From Ranitomeya imitator (lineage: Eukaryota), in contig NC_091284.1 in assembly GCF_032444005.1 (NCBI RefSeq), positions 725,152,001 to 725,216,000 on the forward strand: 64,000 nt of DNA, written 5' to 3'. The notes beneath the pieces are model-generated. The model was given only the letters and a program-made list of their open reading frames with translations. It had not been told where the DNA came from and ran no database searches. The translations under genes were made by a program, and so were the position numbers. Positions 11,201-21,497 of the stretch are shown one piece after another; positions within the stretch are counted from its first letter, which is position 1; each line of letters opens with the position of its first letter.

Positions 11201-12060
11201 CTCATAGTGGGAGACGTGGTGTCCCCACCATGGTCGGCCACGAAATTCGCGATTGTCTGTTCAATCTCGGATTTACATAGTGGATCTAAGAGCAGATTTT
11301 CATTCAAACGCCAGGAGAATCCCGATCCCAAGGCGGAATGAAGTGAAAGAGATAAGTAAATAGGTGCATGATCCGACCACAGTATCGACCCCACGTCCGC
11401 CTCTATCTGTAAGTCCAGTAACCTATGTGAAATAAAGAAGTAATCTATTCTGCTATATGTGTTATGGATTTTCGAGAAGAAGCTATAATCCCTGACTGTA
11501 GGATTTAGAACTCTCCAGACATCTACTAGTCTCAGGCTGCGTAATTGGGATCTAATTTTGTTGATAGAAGATGAAGAATAGGAGGACCTACCTGAAGAGA
11601 CGTCCACCGCAGGGTCCATTGGAATGTTAAAGTCGCCTCCAAGTATCACAGGAGAGGAGCCAGCAAACTCCCCAAGACGCCTCTTGCATTCAGCTCCAAA
11701 AGTTTGTTGCCCTTGGTTTGGAAAATAAACATTGGCTATTACAAGTTTATACGTTGCCCATGAGATGAGTAGGAAGATATATCTGCCATTTTTGTCAATT
11801 AAAGAATCTAGAATTTCAGGCATGAAGGATTTGTGGAAAGCTATTGAAACACCTTTTGATTTGGAATACGGGTTAGAACTGTGATACCATTTGGGATAAT
11901 TTTTCGTGACACAATGCGGCATCACTCCAGTTTTGAAGTGAGTCTCCTGGAGCAATAGCACAGAGACCCGTTGTTTATGACTATCGAACAGGATCCGCCT
12001 CCTTTTCTCTGGAATATTTAGCCCCTTTACGTTAAAGGAGCAGAGTTTTATTTTATCCAT
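8224..12060 (-). CDS. L1 ORF2p (APE endonuclease, RT, C-terminal Cys-rich domain), 1278 aa
   Basis: SFNVKGLN, LQETH, GGDFN, YSRIDY, SDH; KSPGPDGF, YRPISL, DAEKAFD, GTRQGCPLSP, LFADD; CWRC...HIWWDC. Confidence 0.97.
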   Translation of the reverse strand: MDKIKLCSFNVKGLNIPEKRRRILFDSHKQRVSVLLLQETHFKTGVMPHCVTKNYPKWYHSSNPYSKSKGVSIAFHKSFMPEILDSLIDKNGRYIFLLISWATYKLVIANVYFPNQGQQTFGAECKRRLGEFAGSSPVILGGDFNIPMDPAVDVSSGRSSYSSSSINKIRSQLRSLRLVDVWRVLNPTVRDYSFFSKIHNTYSRIDYFFISHRLLDLQIEADVGSILWSDHAPIYLSLSLHSALGSGFSWRLNENLLLDPLCKSEIEQTIANFVADHGGDTTSPTMRWEALKCVVRGVLISHGARLKKERAAEIITLTDQIHQLENQHKRDLDASTFTRLTSVRQKLLTIIDQKSKCLRERLRSRFYQLGNKSGKLLARALNKHCPNTYIPFIKNKEGNKVFNTRDILSNFSRYYESLYNITGHYKDAPPQFLHNKIKSYLQEHKLPILPEGDLADLEREFSTEEVSETISALKQGKSPGPDGFSAGFYKSFTTPLCPLFLEACNFVSSGGSFPAQSLAAHITVLPKPGKDLSTCNNYRPISLINVDIKIYAKMLANRLCPLLPKLINQDQVGFVPGREARDNTIRTISLLDRAGREGDPLCIMSIDAEKAFDRVHWEFIFQTLEEIGLKENMMHRISALYTSPSAQVKVNGKLSDVFPVRNGTRQGCPLSPLLYILTMEHLAVALRNNPSIKGIKLRSEEHKIALFADDILLYITSPSTSLPNIISELHKFGLLSNFKMNSHKSEILNISLQLPLVEQLKTTFPFKWRFDSITYLGVKITSQISKLFETNFTTALQKVNLDLEKWHRLQLSWLGRINAVKMDLLPRLLYLFQTIPLYLPASFFSRLKQIITRFIWSHNRARISYTLLSRSKLTGGLGLPDLAIYSYASLGTCILDLYHNINSKKWVKIENDLNGCDSQIILWSGGGSGAGACLPFLTRNISLLIKNRNSDLKITTLPGPLIPIYDNPAFPAGLKREMYLNKRKDSKPILHDYLKENRMKSLQELFPEEEAPFADWFFYEQLKSFIYAISKQTNIGRPLTPFETFCTSTSPPDHTVSLLHKIFQEGGAPLQGSPAFFSKWEGDLGKPLLPEDREKILLFTLRSSLYAVSQERSYKILARWYRCPSMLHAVFPTTPDTCWRCLKETGSYMHIWWDCPPIKALWLAVFELYNKMSIIQIQPSPCIALLSLCDLSISRYKKSILRHFLTAVRNLIPRFWKQEKFPSRAEFVAELNDIYRMEQLINQSLGNVNKTYITWAPWIAFRETPDLDLWISEARCNT

Positions 12061-12723
12061 AATCTAAAATTTTGACAGTTTCTCGCGACATCGTGCGCCC
12101 CACCCGCCGGGACACGGGATAGCCAGGAGTGGTAGGGGAAAAACAATGGGAAAGAGGGAAGAAAGACAGGATAGGAAAAAGGTAGAAATATGTGAAGAAC
12201 ATAGGAAAAGGTGCGTTGAGATTGACGCACCGAGTCTGGTTTCGCATCAGTATGGCGGAGGCGACCAGAAGGGAAGAGATAGTTCCCCTCCCACCCCCGA
12301 ACCGTGCACCTCAAATGGAAAAAGGAAGCCGAGGAGAACACCGACCCCCCACCTCCCCATGAACTTGATAGGTCCTACGATCAAGAATCTACATGCATAT
12401 GATATTCAAGCAAAACAGAATAATAGTGATATTAATAGCATATCTAATAAGGTCAAGATGTCTCGCTTATTGACAGAGAGTAGTAAAACATTAATAACAT
12501 TCGGGACACCATAGATTTAAAAGTTCAGAACTTGAGCCAGACCCCATGGCAGGCCGCCAGTATGTCCTCCTATCCGGCCAGGGGGATCGACCTATTAACA
12601 ATATACTAACATAGAACCTATCTAACTGCAGCAGAACATCTGGACATAACACAATAATTGCCAGGAACTTATTGAAACAAGTAAAAAGAAAAATGTAGAA
12701 AACAAAAAGAAGAGAGAAGGACT

Positions 12724-13806
12724 TCATGTAGGATCAGAGGGGACCTCATTAGGGAGCCTTTTCTTGGACTGAGGAACCTTGAGCCACCTTGGGGGAGCAT
12801 CCGGAAGTGTTGGGGTTGAAGGCCATTCTGGGAGATCTATTAACGGCAGTTCAAATGTTCCTAGGAAGTTGGCCAGGTCTCCAATTCGGCGGAAGTATGC
12901 GCTTTTCCCGTTTTTGAATGCTGTTAGTTGAAATGGGAACCCCCATCTATAAGGGATATCTCTTTCCTTAAGAACTGCTAACAGGGGTTTTAGGGCTTTG
13001 CGCAAAAACAAGGTACGCCTGGATAAGTCTGATAGAAGTAGAATTGGTTGGCCTTCATATTGGAGAGGTCCCTTTTTCCTAGAGGCCATCATGATGGATT
13101 CCTTGGTTCTGAAGTAATGCACCCTACAAATGACGTCTCTAGGGCGTAAATCAGAGGTGGGTTTGGGACCAAGAGATCTATGGATCCTATCAAATTCAAT
13201 GGTACTGTCTTCACAATCACCCAGGATGTCTAGAAATATTTTTTGGACTGTGCGATCTAAGTCCTGAGGACTAACGGACTCTGGGAGGCCCCGTATACGA
13301 ATATTGTTACGCCTGTTGCGATTTTCCAGATCCTCAAGGCCAGAAGACATTTCCTCCATTCTTATAGTATGGTCCATTAAAATTTCTCTATGTGCCTGAA
13401 GTTCCTGTGAGATGTCCTCCTGCGTCTTTTCTACATCCTCTATCCGTGATGTAAACTCCTTCTGTAGATTATGTATCTCCTTTTTGTACGAGTTCTCAAG
13501 CCTGCATGCAAAGCCTTCCAGGTCCATTTTTGTTGGTAGAGCTTTAATATATTTGCTTAGATCAGCTATATTCATGTCTTCAGGCAAGTCTTTGTCTCCC
13601 TTATTGATATCTGTTGATTTTTTGGGAGAAACATGTGGAGCCTGAGACTCTCCCGAAGAAGAGTTGCTTTTATGTGAGGCTTGCGACATTGTTGATCTCG
13701 TGCTCCTTGTTTGGGTCGGCTGATTTAGAAACCGTTTCATATCCTCCGGAAGAGGTTCCTTGTGTAGGCTTATGGGGTTTTCAGAGATCTTTTTGTTTCT
13801 GCCCAT
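12724..13806 (-). CDS. L1 ORF1p (coiled coil plus RRM/CTD), 360 aa
   Basis: Heptad-rich segment followed by LEDLENRNRRNNIRIRGLPE, FDRIHR, DLSRRTL, YRWGFP; located upstream of ORF2. Confidence 0.93.
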   Translation of the reverse strand: MGRNKKISENPISLHKEPLPEDMKRFLNQPTQTRSTRSTMSQASHKSNSSSGESQAPHVSPKKSTDINKGDKDLPEDMNIADLSKYIKALPTKMDLEGFACRLENSYKKEIHNLQKEFTSRIEDVEKTQEDISQELQAHREILMDHTIRMEEMSSGLEDLENRNRRNNIRIRGLPESVSPQDLDRTVQKIFLDILGDCEDSTIEFDRIHRSLGPKPTSDLRPRDVICRVHYFRTKESIMMASRKKGPLQYEGQPILLLSDLSRRTLFLRKALKPLLAVLKERDIPYRWGFPFQLTAFKNGKSAYFRRIGDLANFLGTFELPLIDLPEWPSTPTLPDAPPRWLKVPQSKKRLPNEVPSDPT

Positions 13807-14823
13807 AGATGTCTGCTGCTATCAATTATATCCCAGATAAGTGTTTAGGGGAGCATGGGGGTGCAGCCATCACCACATTAGCCGTGGCCCCCCATCAGCA
13901 AGCCCCCTCCGAGATGCGTGCGTAAGTCTATAGTGCAACTGTTTTTAGCTCTGGGCAGCCAAAGGGTTACTGTGTTATTCCATTATTCCATTATGGGTCT
14001 CAGGGGGGAAGCAGGTGCCACAGGGGGCTATGTAAATGTGTGTCTTTTTACAGGGTGTTAGCGTTGCTTTAAGCCTCCTCCAGCGAGACCCAGAAGCTGG
14101 TGAGTATGGGACAGCAGCAGGGACGCAGCGCCGCGCCACAAAGGAGAGGTGGGCACAGATTGCCAGCGGCGCACACACACAGGCACTCCAGCCCCTTGCA
14201 GGGGCAACAAGATGGCGCCGGGAGTGGCGGGAAATCCCCAGGATCTCTACCGCCGGCAGAGTCTCACCCCCACAGACACCGATCCACCGGAGCGGCCGAG
14301 GGACAGAGCGCCGCAGCTGGCAACCCACTCAGCACCCCCTCCAGTGAGCGCAACCTCTCTTCCGACCGGCCGCACCAGCAGGGGGCAGCGGCCGGAGCTC
14401 AGTGGTGTGCAGGTCCGCGCCACTCAAAGGAATCCGGAGCGCACCGGAGCGCGGAGGCGCCGGCCAGCGGCTGTCAGCCCAGCAGGGAGCAAAGAGTCAG
14501 GGAGAAGGTATAGTGGCCGGGGAAGGGGGGTGGAGTGTACCTTCCCGGCGTCCCAGCAGCTCGCGTGTTCCCAGCCTGTGTGGTTTCTAAGATGGCGGCG
14601 TCTGTGCCGCTTCCCCGTCCCTCCGGGGGGAAAAGCTGGACTTGTGCTGGGGCAGAGAGTTCTCCCTGCCCTCCAGATGGTCTCAGGGCGATCGCAGCCC
14701 TCCTTTGCCGGTCAGAGGAGACTTTGAGCTCGATGGGGTCAAAAAAATCTCTCTGGAAAGCAGTCTCAGAGCAGGAGCTCTTGCGATGTGCGACTGCTCT
14801 CTTGCACCTTCAGGCCACGCCCC
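13807..14823 (-). promoter_or_regulatory. L1 5' UTR / internal promoter, GC- and CpG-rich
   Basis: About 1 kb CpG-rich segment between the TSD and the ORF1 ATG; YY1-like AAGATGGCG motifs on the + strand near 14209 and 14549. Confidence 0.7.
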
Positions 14824-15586
14824 ACTTCACTGTATCTTTAAACCTATTAGTGTGTCACATCTGGGTGTCACCGTGTAGGGATTACTCTTGTGTGTAGACC
14901 AGATGACATAGTGTGGAACTCAATAAACAATTACTGTATGTTTCGGCAGGGGTGCGATTGTGTAACCCTCTTAGTATAATGACATTTCATGCAGTGTTTC
15001 CTGATCACTGCAGTTTCTTTACAGGCAGCAGTCTTGGAAATCCTCTCCTTGGGGAAAAATAACATTTCAGACATCTGGCTGGTTGCCCAGGCAGAGGGGC
15101 TGGAGAGCCCAAGACTAGGTGTTTCCACTTAATTATATTAGTCATTTTTTCCGATAAGTGTGGTGGAGCAAGAAATGGGGTGCGAGGCTACAGACGTGCA
15201 TGCAAGAAGGGCAATTTGGTATTACACTGTGGTATTTTGGAAAAACATTTTTCTTTATTTTTTTTCCATTTTGGACTAACCTAAATGGCTTATTAATTAG
15301 TGAAGAATACATTCATTGTCTAGTGCAGGTATAGCCAACTGCTCACCAACCACCTTAACCGTACTACTGTACAACACCCAAATTATCCTAACCTCTAAAG
15401 TGCTTACCAACAATTAAAATTCCTCACATGTAAGCCTTGCCCCATGGAATATGTTAGGATTTAGGTATATGGCAAAATCACATGCAAATAACTGGGAATC
15501 ACAGTGGTCCTACACCATCCTTAGGCATTGTATGTCAGACTTTATGGTAACTTTTCAAGACGATATATACTCTGTAGTATGAGAAT

Positions 15587-15909
15587 TAGAGTTGAACAAA
15601 AAGACCTGCCTTGGTCTGATGTCCAGGCCGGTCCTCCATGGCAACCAGACAAGGTAGTCTTCAGTTTTGCGACTGGTGTCATCTACTTGGGAATCTGGGC
15701 ACCTCTTGTGCTTACTAGGCCCCGCTACATCATGATGTCATTAGGTCTCACACGACATTAGGTCTTGTTTTGCACCATGATGTTGTGGGGCCTAGTAAGT
15801 GCAAGAGGACTACAGGGGAACAAAACAGAAGAGGCTGGCCACAGAAGTGAAACCTGGCCTGGTCTGGCTGCCATGGAGGACCGGCCTGGACGCAGTTGGT
15901 TCAACTCAA
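15587..15909. mobile_element. hAT-type palindromic MITE
   Basis: Termini TAGAGTTGAAC / GTTCAACTCAA, perfect 8-bp TSD ATGAGAAT (15579-15586, 15910-15917), internal inverted segments. Confidence 0.82.
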
Positions 15910-16202
15910 ATGAGAATACTTCTGTGACATGAGTAAGAACATGCTACGCTGATGGGCTCACACCAATCTATGGGCACCAGATAACAACGCAGCCAATGCA
16001 TGAGTAATAACTGTTCAGTAGCTACCAGAATGATGGATGCTCCTCTATCCTATAACCAGTGCTAGAACCAGTAATGCAATGTTATAATCGTTGTCTGTAT
16101 TCTATTATATAAGAAGGTTATGCATCAGCGATATTGTTTTATATTATCTGCGCTTCTACTTAGATTTTTTTTGAGGAGTGATAAACACTTCAGCCTGCAC
16201 CC

Positions 16203-16390
16203 TTGTGTTCTGCACCCGTGTGTTCTGGTTCCATGTGTTCTGCACCCGTGTGGTCTGCACTCATGTGTGCACCTGTGTGTTCTGGATCCATGTGTTCTGC
16301 ACCCGTGTGTTCTGCACTCATGTGTGCACCTGTGTGTTCTGGATCCATGTGTTCTGCACTCGTGTGTTCTGCACCCGTGTGTTCTGCCAG
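16203..16390. repeat. About 15-bp minisatellite (TGTGTTCTGCACCCG variants) with a roughly 57-bp higher-order unit
   Basis: Tandem TGTGTTCTG-(CACCCG/GATCCA/CACTCA) units; explains the repetitive short ORFs here. Confidence 0.85.
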
Positions 16391-18177
16391 ATGAATTTTT
16401 GTTCTCATAGCTGTCACCTATGATATGTACAAATTCCACTTTTTATTTTTTCACATCTCTCAGACCTTGTAAGTGCTTTGTATTTTCTCTGTGAAGGTTG
16501 CCAGGATATTGGCATGGTAATAGTTGGGAATTTTACATGAAAACAAAAGAGCCGTGTGCATGGCGTCTATACAGAGGCACATAGAGCCACTGCAGCTGTG
16601 GACTAGGTGACGTACTGCTGTGTGATGCCTCCTCCATATTCTCCTCTAGAAGCAATGAACATATATGTCACCTAAGGAAACATATACGAAAAATTGGCGC
16701 GCACTCAGTATAATGGGGGAGCGAGGTGCTGGTGTAGTGGGCTGTGTAAGCCCCACGTATATAAAGAAATATGGTACACCGCACACTCTATGCGTATATT
16801 TGCAAGGTGATGGAAAGTTTATTTAACAGGTTTAATTTATAATGCAAGGAAAGCGACCAGAGGTAATAATTATTGACGTTTAGCAAAAACAACAAAATAA
16901 ACATGTGGTATATACAATAAATCATACTGTAAAACAAAAAACAAAAAATACAATCACGTTCCCAGCCTGGAAAGAAGAGACAATGGAATGCATAAATAGG
17001 AGAATCGGTAGATCCAAATGGAGAAGAATACACAGGCAGTGACATAGCATGTTACATGCGTATAGCGAAACACCACATATGTTCCCCAAATAGAGAAGGG
17101 GGAAGATAAGAAGGGGGGCTTGTTCGCAGGGCTAGACCAAGACAATGGAAGCCAGACCTTATGACAATCAATATCAAGGATACAGAGGCATTACCTTTAA
17201 TGTGCATATAAAGGGGGGAGGAGAAGGTCCTTGTGGATGGAGGCACACACTGCAGGAGAGATGAGATAGGTACATGAGATTGGGTAGGTACACAGAGGAT
17301 AGGGTGTATGAGAGCATATGAGATGTACCTTAAATGCCTGATGATAATGCGTGTAGGAACGCAATAACAGCCCTGAGATGGGTGCTGTGGAGACACAGGA
17401 GATGGGCGCATAAGGGGCATTGATATAATGTGGCTAAAATGGTAAGGCAGTACCGGTGGCAGTATTAATGGGTAAAGTAGGGGAATGAGTTACCTGGTGG
17501 ATGGAGGAACTGAGCGGCGCTCCCGCGCCCTGCTGACGGTGTGTAGCGTGGCCGGCGCTGTAATGTTTTAATGGCGCAAACCGGAAGTAGGACCTGCGGC
17601 ACCGGAAGTGACGCGGGCGGTCCGGGAACGCAACTGCGCATGCGCAGCCGGCGATTCAGTGAGGACCCGGTTGCTAAGAGACCATGGCGCTGTAAATGTC
17701 AGCGGCTGCTGTGGGGCTTATGTGTCTATGTAGGCAACCAGGGGTAGAGGTGAAAAATGTCAGGGGAGCCATGCTATAATATATAAGATGACAGGGTAGT
17801 CCTGCTATAAGTATACAGCGTTATGCTTAAGATAATGGAGTGCCCATGAATATCTGTCAGTGGCTGCTGATAATGAAAGGGCGGCGTGTATGGCTATGAA
17901 AACGCTAAGGCTGACTGTAAAAAGCTAGGGAGGGGGGACAGGGGCTAATGATAGTTAATATAGAAGTATTACCCATGGCCAGAATGGAACTAAAATGATA
18001 CACTGGCTATAGCTGAGGTAACCGTAGGGGATCAAATGGAGACTGAGGAGAGGATACCACTGGAAGTGTTGTATGTGATGTAGACATAAGTAAATAAATG
18101 GGTAGTGTACCTCTAAGGGAATTCACCAGGAGAGTCAACGGATCTGTAAGGGAAAAGAAAGAGATTAGAAAACTATA

Positions 18178-19509
18178 CTAGATTGACCAATCTATTTCTC
18201 TATTCAAGCACCTAGGTGCGAGGGTGTCCAATGTGTATATCCACCAGGTTTCCCTGGATTTAAGACGTTTGATGTGGTTACCGCCCCGTCTGGGGCGGGG
18301 TACATGCTCCAGAACCTGAAATTTAAGTTGGGCCACTGTGTGTGTAGCTTTCATAAAGTGGTCTGGTAGGGGAAGCCAGATTTTGTTGCACCTGATGGTA
18401 GATTTGTGGCTTGCGATTCTATCCCGTATATGTTGTGTGGTCTCGCCAACGTAGAGTAGTCCGCAGGGGCACTTAATGACATAGACTACAAAATTAGAAT
18501 CGCAGGTAAAGAATCCACGAATGGGGTAAGATTTCCCTGTCCTGGGGTGTGTAACATTATCTGACTTTATCACATTGGAGCAAGCGGCACAATTCAAGCA
18601 TGGGAAAGTCCCATTGCGGCGTGAGCTTAAAAATTGCTGTGTAGGTACACGAAGTGTGCTACCCATGTCTGCCCTGACTAATTGGTCACGAATATTGGGA
18701 GGTCTCCTCTTGCTCATGAGCGCTGGTACCCCGAAGGACGGGATTTCCGGATGGGCTCTGCCCAGGAGGGGCCAGTGTTTTTTAATTACTGAGTACACCT
18801 TAGTCATGAAAGGATGGTGAGTGTGTACGAACGGTATCCTTTCTTGGGATTGACGTGGTGTGGGACTCGTAGGAGGACCAGAGGACCTATTGAGTTCTTG
18901 TCTTAAGAGAGTCGAGGGGTAGTTCCTATCGCTGAACTTTTGTGCTATGGTATTGAGACGAATTTGTCGCGTCTCAGGGTCTGTGACTATGCGGGAAACT
19001 CTTTTAAACTGTGACCTAGGCAGACTGTTTTTGGTAGTGGTTGGATGGCAGCTAGAATAGAGTAACAAACTGTTACAGTCCATGGGTTTAGTGTAGAGAT
19101 CCGTTTTTAGGAATCCACTGGCATCTTTCAGTACCAAGGTATCCAGGAAGGCTATTTGGGCTTCATGGGTGTGGATGGTAAACTTAAGCTCTTGGAAAGT
19201 GGAATTAAGGGTAGAGTAGAATATATCGAGGGTACTGGATGGCCCTGTCCATATCAAAAAAATATCGTCTATGTACCTACAGTAATCAAGGACATGTTGG
19301 GTAAAAAGCTCATGTGTATAGACGTGTTGGGTTTCAAAGTGATCCATATATGCATTGGCGTAGGCCGGAGCCACGTTCGAACCCATAGCGGTCCCGCATA
19401 CTTGGGCATAATAGGTGTCTTCAAAAAGGAAATAATTCTCAAAGAGAACCATACGTAAGAGTTCGAGGCAGAAGGATATGGCATTCTGAGACATGTCTGT
19501 TCGTTGCAA
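18178..19509 (-). CDS. PLE-2 RT C-terminal half plus GIY-YIG endonuclease (open frame, N-terminally truncated)
   Basis: GTAMGSNVAPAYAN, YCRYIDD, LYTKPMDCN; VVYVIKCPCGLLYVGETTQHIRDRIASH ... ETWWIYTLDTLAPRCLN. Confidence 0.92.
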   Translation of the reverse strand: MQRTDMSQNAISFCLELLRMVLFENYFLFEDTYYAQVCGTAMGSNVAPAYANAYMDHFETQHVYTHELFTQHVLDYCRYIDDIFLIWTGPSSTLDIFYSTLNSTFQELKFTIHTHEAQIAFLDTLVLKDASGFLKTDLYTKPMDCNSLLLYSSCHPTTTKNSLPRSQFKRVSRIVTDPETRQIRLNTIAQKFSDRNYPSTLLRQELNRSSGPPTSPTPRQSQERIPFVHTHHPFMTKVYSVIKKHWPLLGRAHPEIPSFGVPALMSKRRPPNIRDQLVRADMGSTLRVPTQQFLSSRRNGTFPCLNCAACSNVIKSDNVTHPRTGKSYPIRGFFTCDSNFVVYVIKCPCGLLYVGETTQHIRDRIASHKSTIRCNKIWLPLPDHFMKATHTVAQLKFQVLEHVPRPRRGGNHIKRLKSRETWWIYTLDTLAPRCLNREIDWSI

Positions 19510-20790
19510 AAGTTCTCCTGGTGAATTCCCTTAGAGGTACACTACCCATTTATTTACTTATGTCTACATCACATACAACACTTCCAGTGGTATCCTCTCC
19601 TCAGTCTCCATTTGATCCCCTACGGTTACCTCAGCTATAGCCAGTGTATCATTTTAGTTCCATTCTGGCCATGGGTAATACTTCTATATTAACTATCATT
19701 AGCCCCTGTCCCCCCTCCCTAGCTTTTTACAGTCAGCCTTAGCGTTTTCATAGCCATACACGCCGCCCTTTCATTATCAGCAGCCACTGACAGATATTCA
19801 TGGGCACTCCATTATCTTAAGCATAACGCTGTATACTTATAGCAGGACTACCCTGTCATCTTATATATTATAGCATGGCTCCCCTGACATTTTTCACCTC
19901 TACCCCTGGTTGCCTACATAGACACATAAGCCCCACAGCAGCCGCTGACATTTACAGCGCCATGGTCTCTTAGCAACCGGGCCCTCACTGAATCGCCGGC
20001 TGCGCATGCGCAGTTGCGTTCCCGGACCGCCCGCGTCACTTCCGGTGCCGCAGGTCCTACTTCCGGTTTGCGCCATTAAAACATTACAGCCCCGGCCACG
20101 CTACACACCGTCAGCAGGGTGCGGGAGCGCCGCTCAGTTCCTCCATCCACCAGGTAACTCATTCCCCTACTTTACCCATTAATACTGCCACCGGTACTGC
20201 CTTACCATTTTAGCCACATTATATCAATGCCCCTTATGCGCCCATCTCCTGTGTCTCCACAGCACCCATCTCAGGGCTGTTATTGCGTTACTACACGCAT
20301 TATCATCAGGCATTTAAGGTACATCTCATATTCTCTCATACACCCTATCCTCTGTGTACCTACCCAATCTCATGTACCTATCTCATCTCTCCTGCAGTGT
20401 GTGCCTCCATCCACAAGGACCTTCTCCTCCCCCCTTTATATGCACATTAAAGGTAATGCCTCTGTTCTCTGTATCCTTGATATTGATTGTCATAAGGTCT
20501 GGCTTCCATTGTCTTGGTCTAGCCCTGCGAACAAGCCCCCCTTCTTATCTTCCCTCTTCTCTATTTGGGGAACATATGTGGTGTTTCGCTATACGCATGT
20601 AACATGCTATGTCACTGCCTGTGTATTCTTCTCCATTTGGATCTACCGATTCTCCTATTTATGCATTCCATTGTCTCTTCTTTCCAGGCTGGGAACGTGA
20701 TTGTATTTTTTGTTTTTTGTTTTACAGTATGATTTATTGTATATACCACATGTTTATTTTGTTGTTTTTGCTTTATTTTTTTCTCTAGCG

Positions 20791-20832
20791 ATTATATGAT
20801 TAGGGCCCAGGTTGGGCCGAAACGTCAATAAT
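20791..20832 (+). ncRNA. Degenerate hammerhead ribozyme (core mutated) in the right arm of PLE-2
   Basis: ATTAT-ATGATTA-G-GGCCC-AGGTT-GGGCC-GAAA-CGTC-AATAAT: stem II and GAAAC-GTC intact, CUGANGA reads AUGAUUA. Confidence 0.55.
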
Positions 20833-21318
20833 TATTACCTCTGGTCGCTTTCCTTGCATTATAAATTAAACCTGTTAAATAAACTTTCCATCACCTTGCA
20901 AATATGCGCATAGAGTGTGCGGTGTACCATATTTCTTTCTTTCTTTACCTAAGGAAACATGACATGATGTCTTTTTTTGTCAGACCAATACAGAGTTGAT
21001 AAATAGAAAAAGGCAGCACTCACCGTTCCTGGTGCAATCCTATATTCTGTAGCGTACATTCATGGCAGTGGGAGACATGCGTGTAAGCAAATGCGGACTA
21101 CAGCCATTCCGCGCTGCGTGCTACTCTATGGATCGAAAGGTCCTTTGAATAAAAGTCATGAATGTTTGCTACTGTATAAAGTATTGCATTGAATGGTTAG
21201 TGCTGCCTTTTTTCTGTTCATGGACAATACTGTTACTCTTTCTTCGTGGCAAATGCCTGAGTTTTAATTTTATTCCTGGATCACCTCAACACTCCTGCAT
21301 TGGGCAATATATACCAGC

Positions 21319-21497
21319 CAGAGGCATAACTACAACAGGTGCAGGGGTTGCAATCGCACCCAGGCCCTGGAGCCGAGGGGGCCCTAAAAGTCCCTTTGGC
21401 CTATAGAAAAAGACTATTGCTATTAAAGATTTTAAATATTTGGGAGCCCAATTGGCGCTTTTGCATCGGGGCCCATGAGTTTCAATTTAAGCCACTG
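21319..21497. mobile_element. hAT-type MITE, 179 bp
   Basis: CAGAGGCATAAC...TTAAGCCACTG termini; perfect 8-bp TSD ATACCAGC (21311-21318, 21498-21505). Confidence 0.82.

Larger units (their letters stand above)
7788..14823 (-). mobile_element. Full-length L1 (LINE-1) element with both ORFs open
   Basis: 16-bp TSD ACTTCACTGTATCTTT at 7772-7787 and 14824-14839; 5' end GGGGCGTGGCC; AATAAA on the minus strand at 7800-7805; target junction TCTTT/AA fits the L1 endonuclease consensus. Confidence 0.96.
16684..20946 (-). mobile_element. Penelope-like element PLE-2, 5'-truncated, with about 1.4-kb near-identical inverted arms
   Basis: 14-bp TSD ACCTAAGGAAACAT (16670-16683, 20947-20960); arms 16763-18133 and 19514-20938; RT/GIY-YIG ORF between them. 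Confidence 0.93.

Noticed and set aside
13975-14897. Cluster of ORFs in the L1 5' UTR (possible ORF0 analogue)
   Set aside because: Overlapping in several frames in GC-rich DNA, no recognisable motif; explained by low stop-codon density.
16120-16439. His/Cys-rich repetitive ORFs
   Set aside because: Translations of the 15-bp minisatellite.
17336-17375. CTGATGA...GGAAC in the PLE-2 arm as a + strand hammerhead
   Set aside because: No GAAA after the hairpin and no stem I/III; the other arm differs at the key base.
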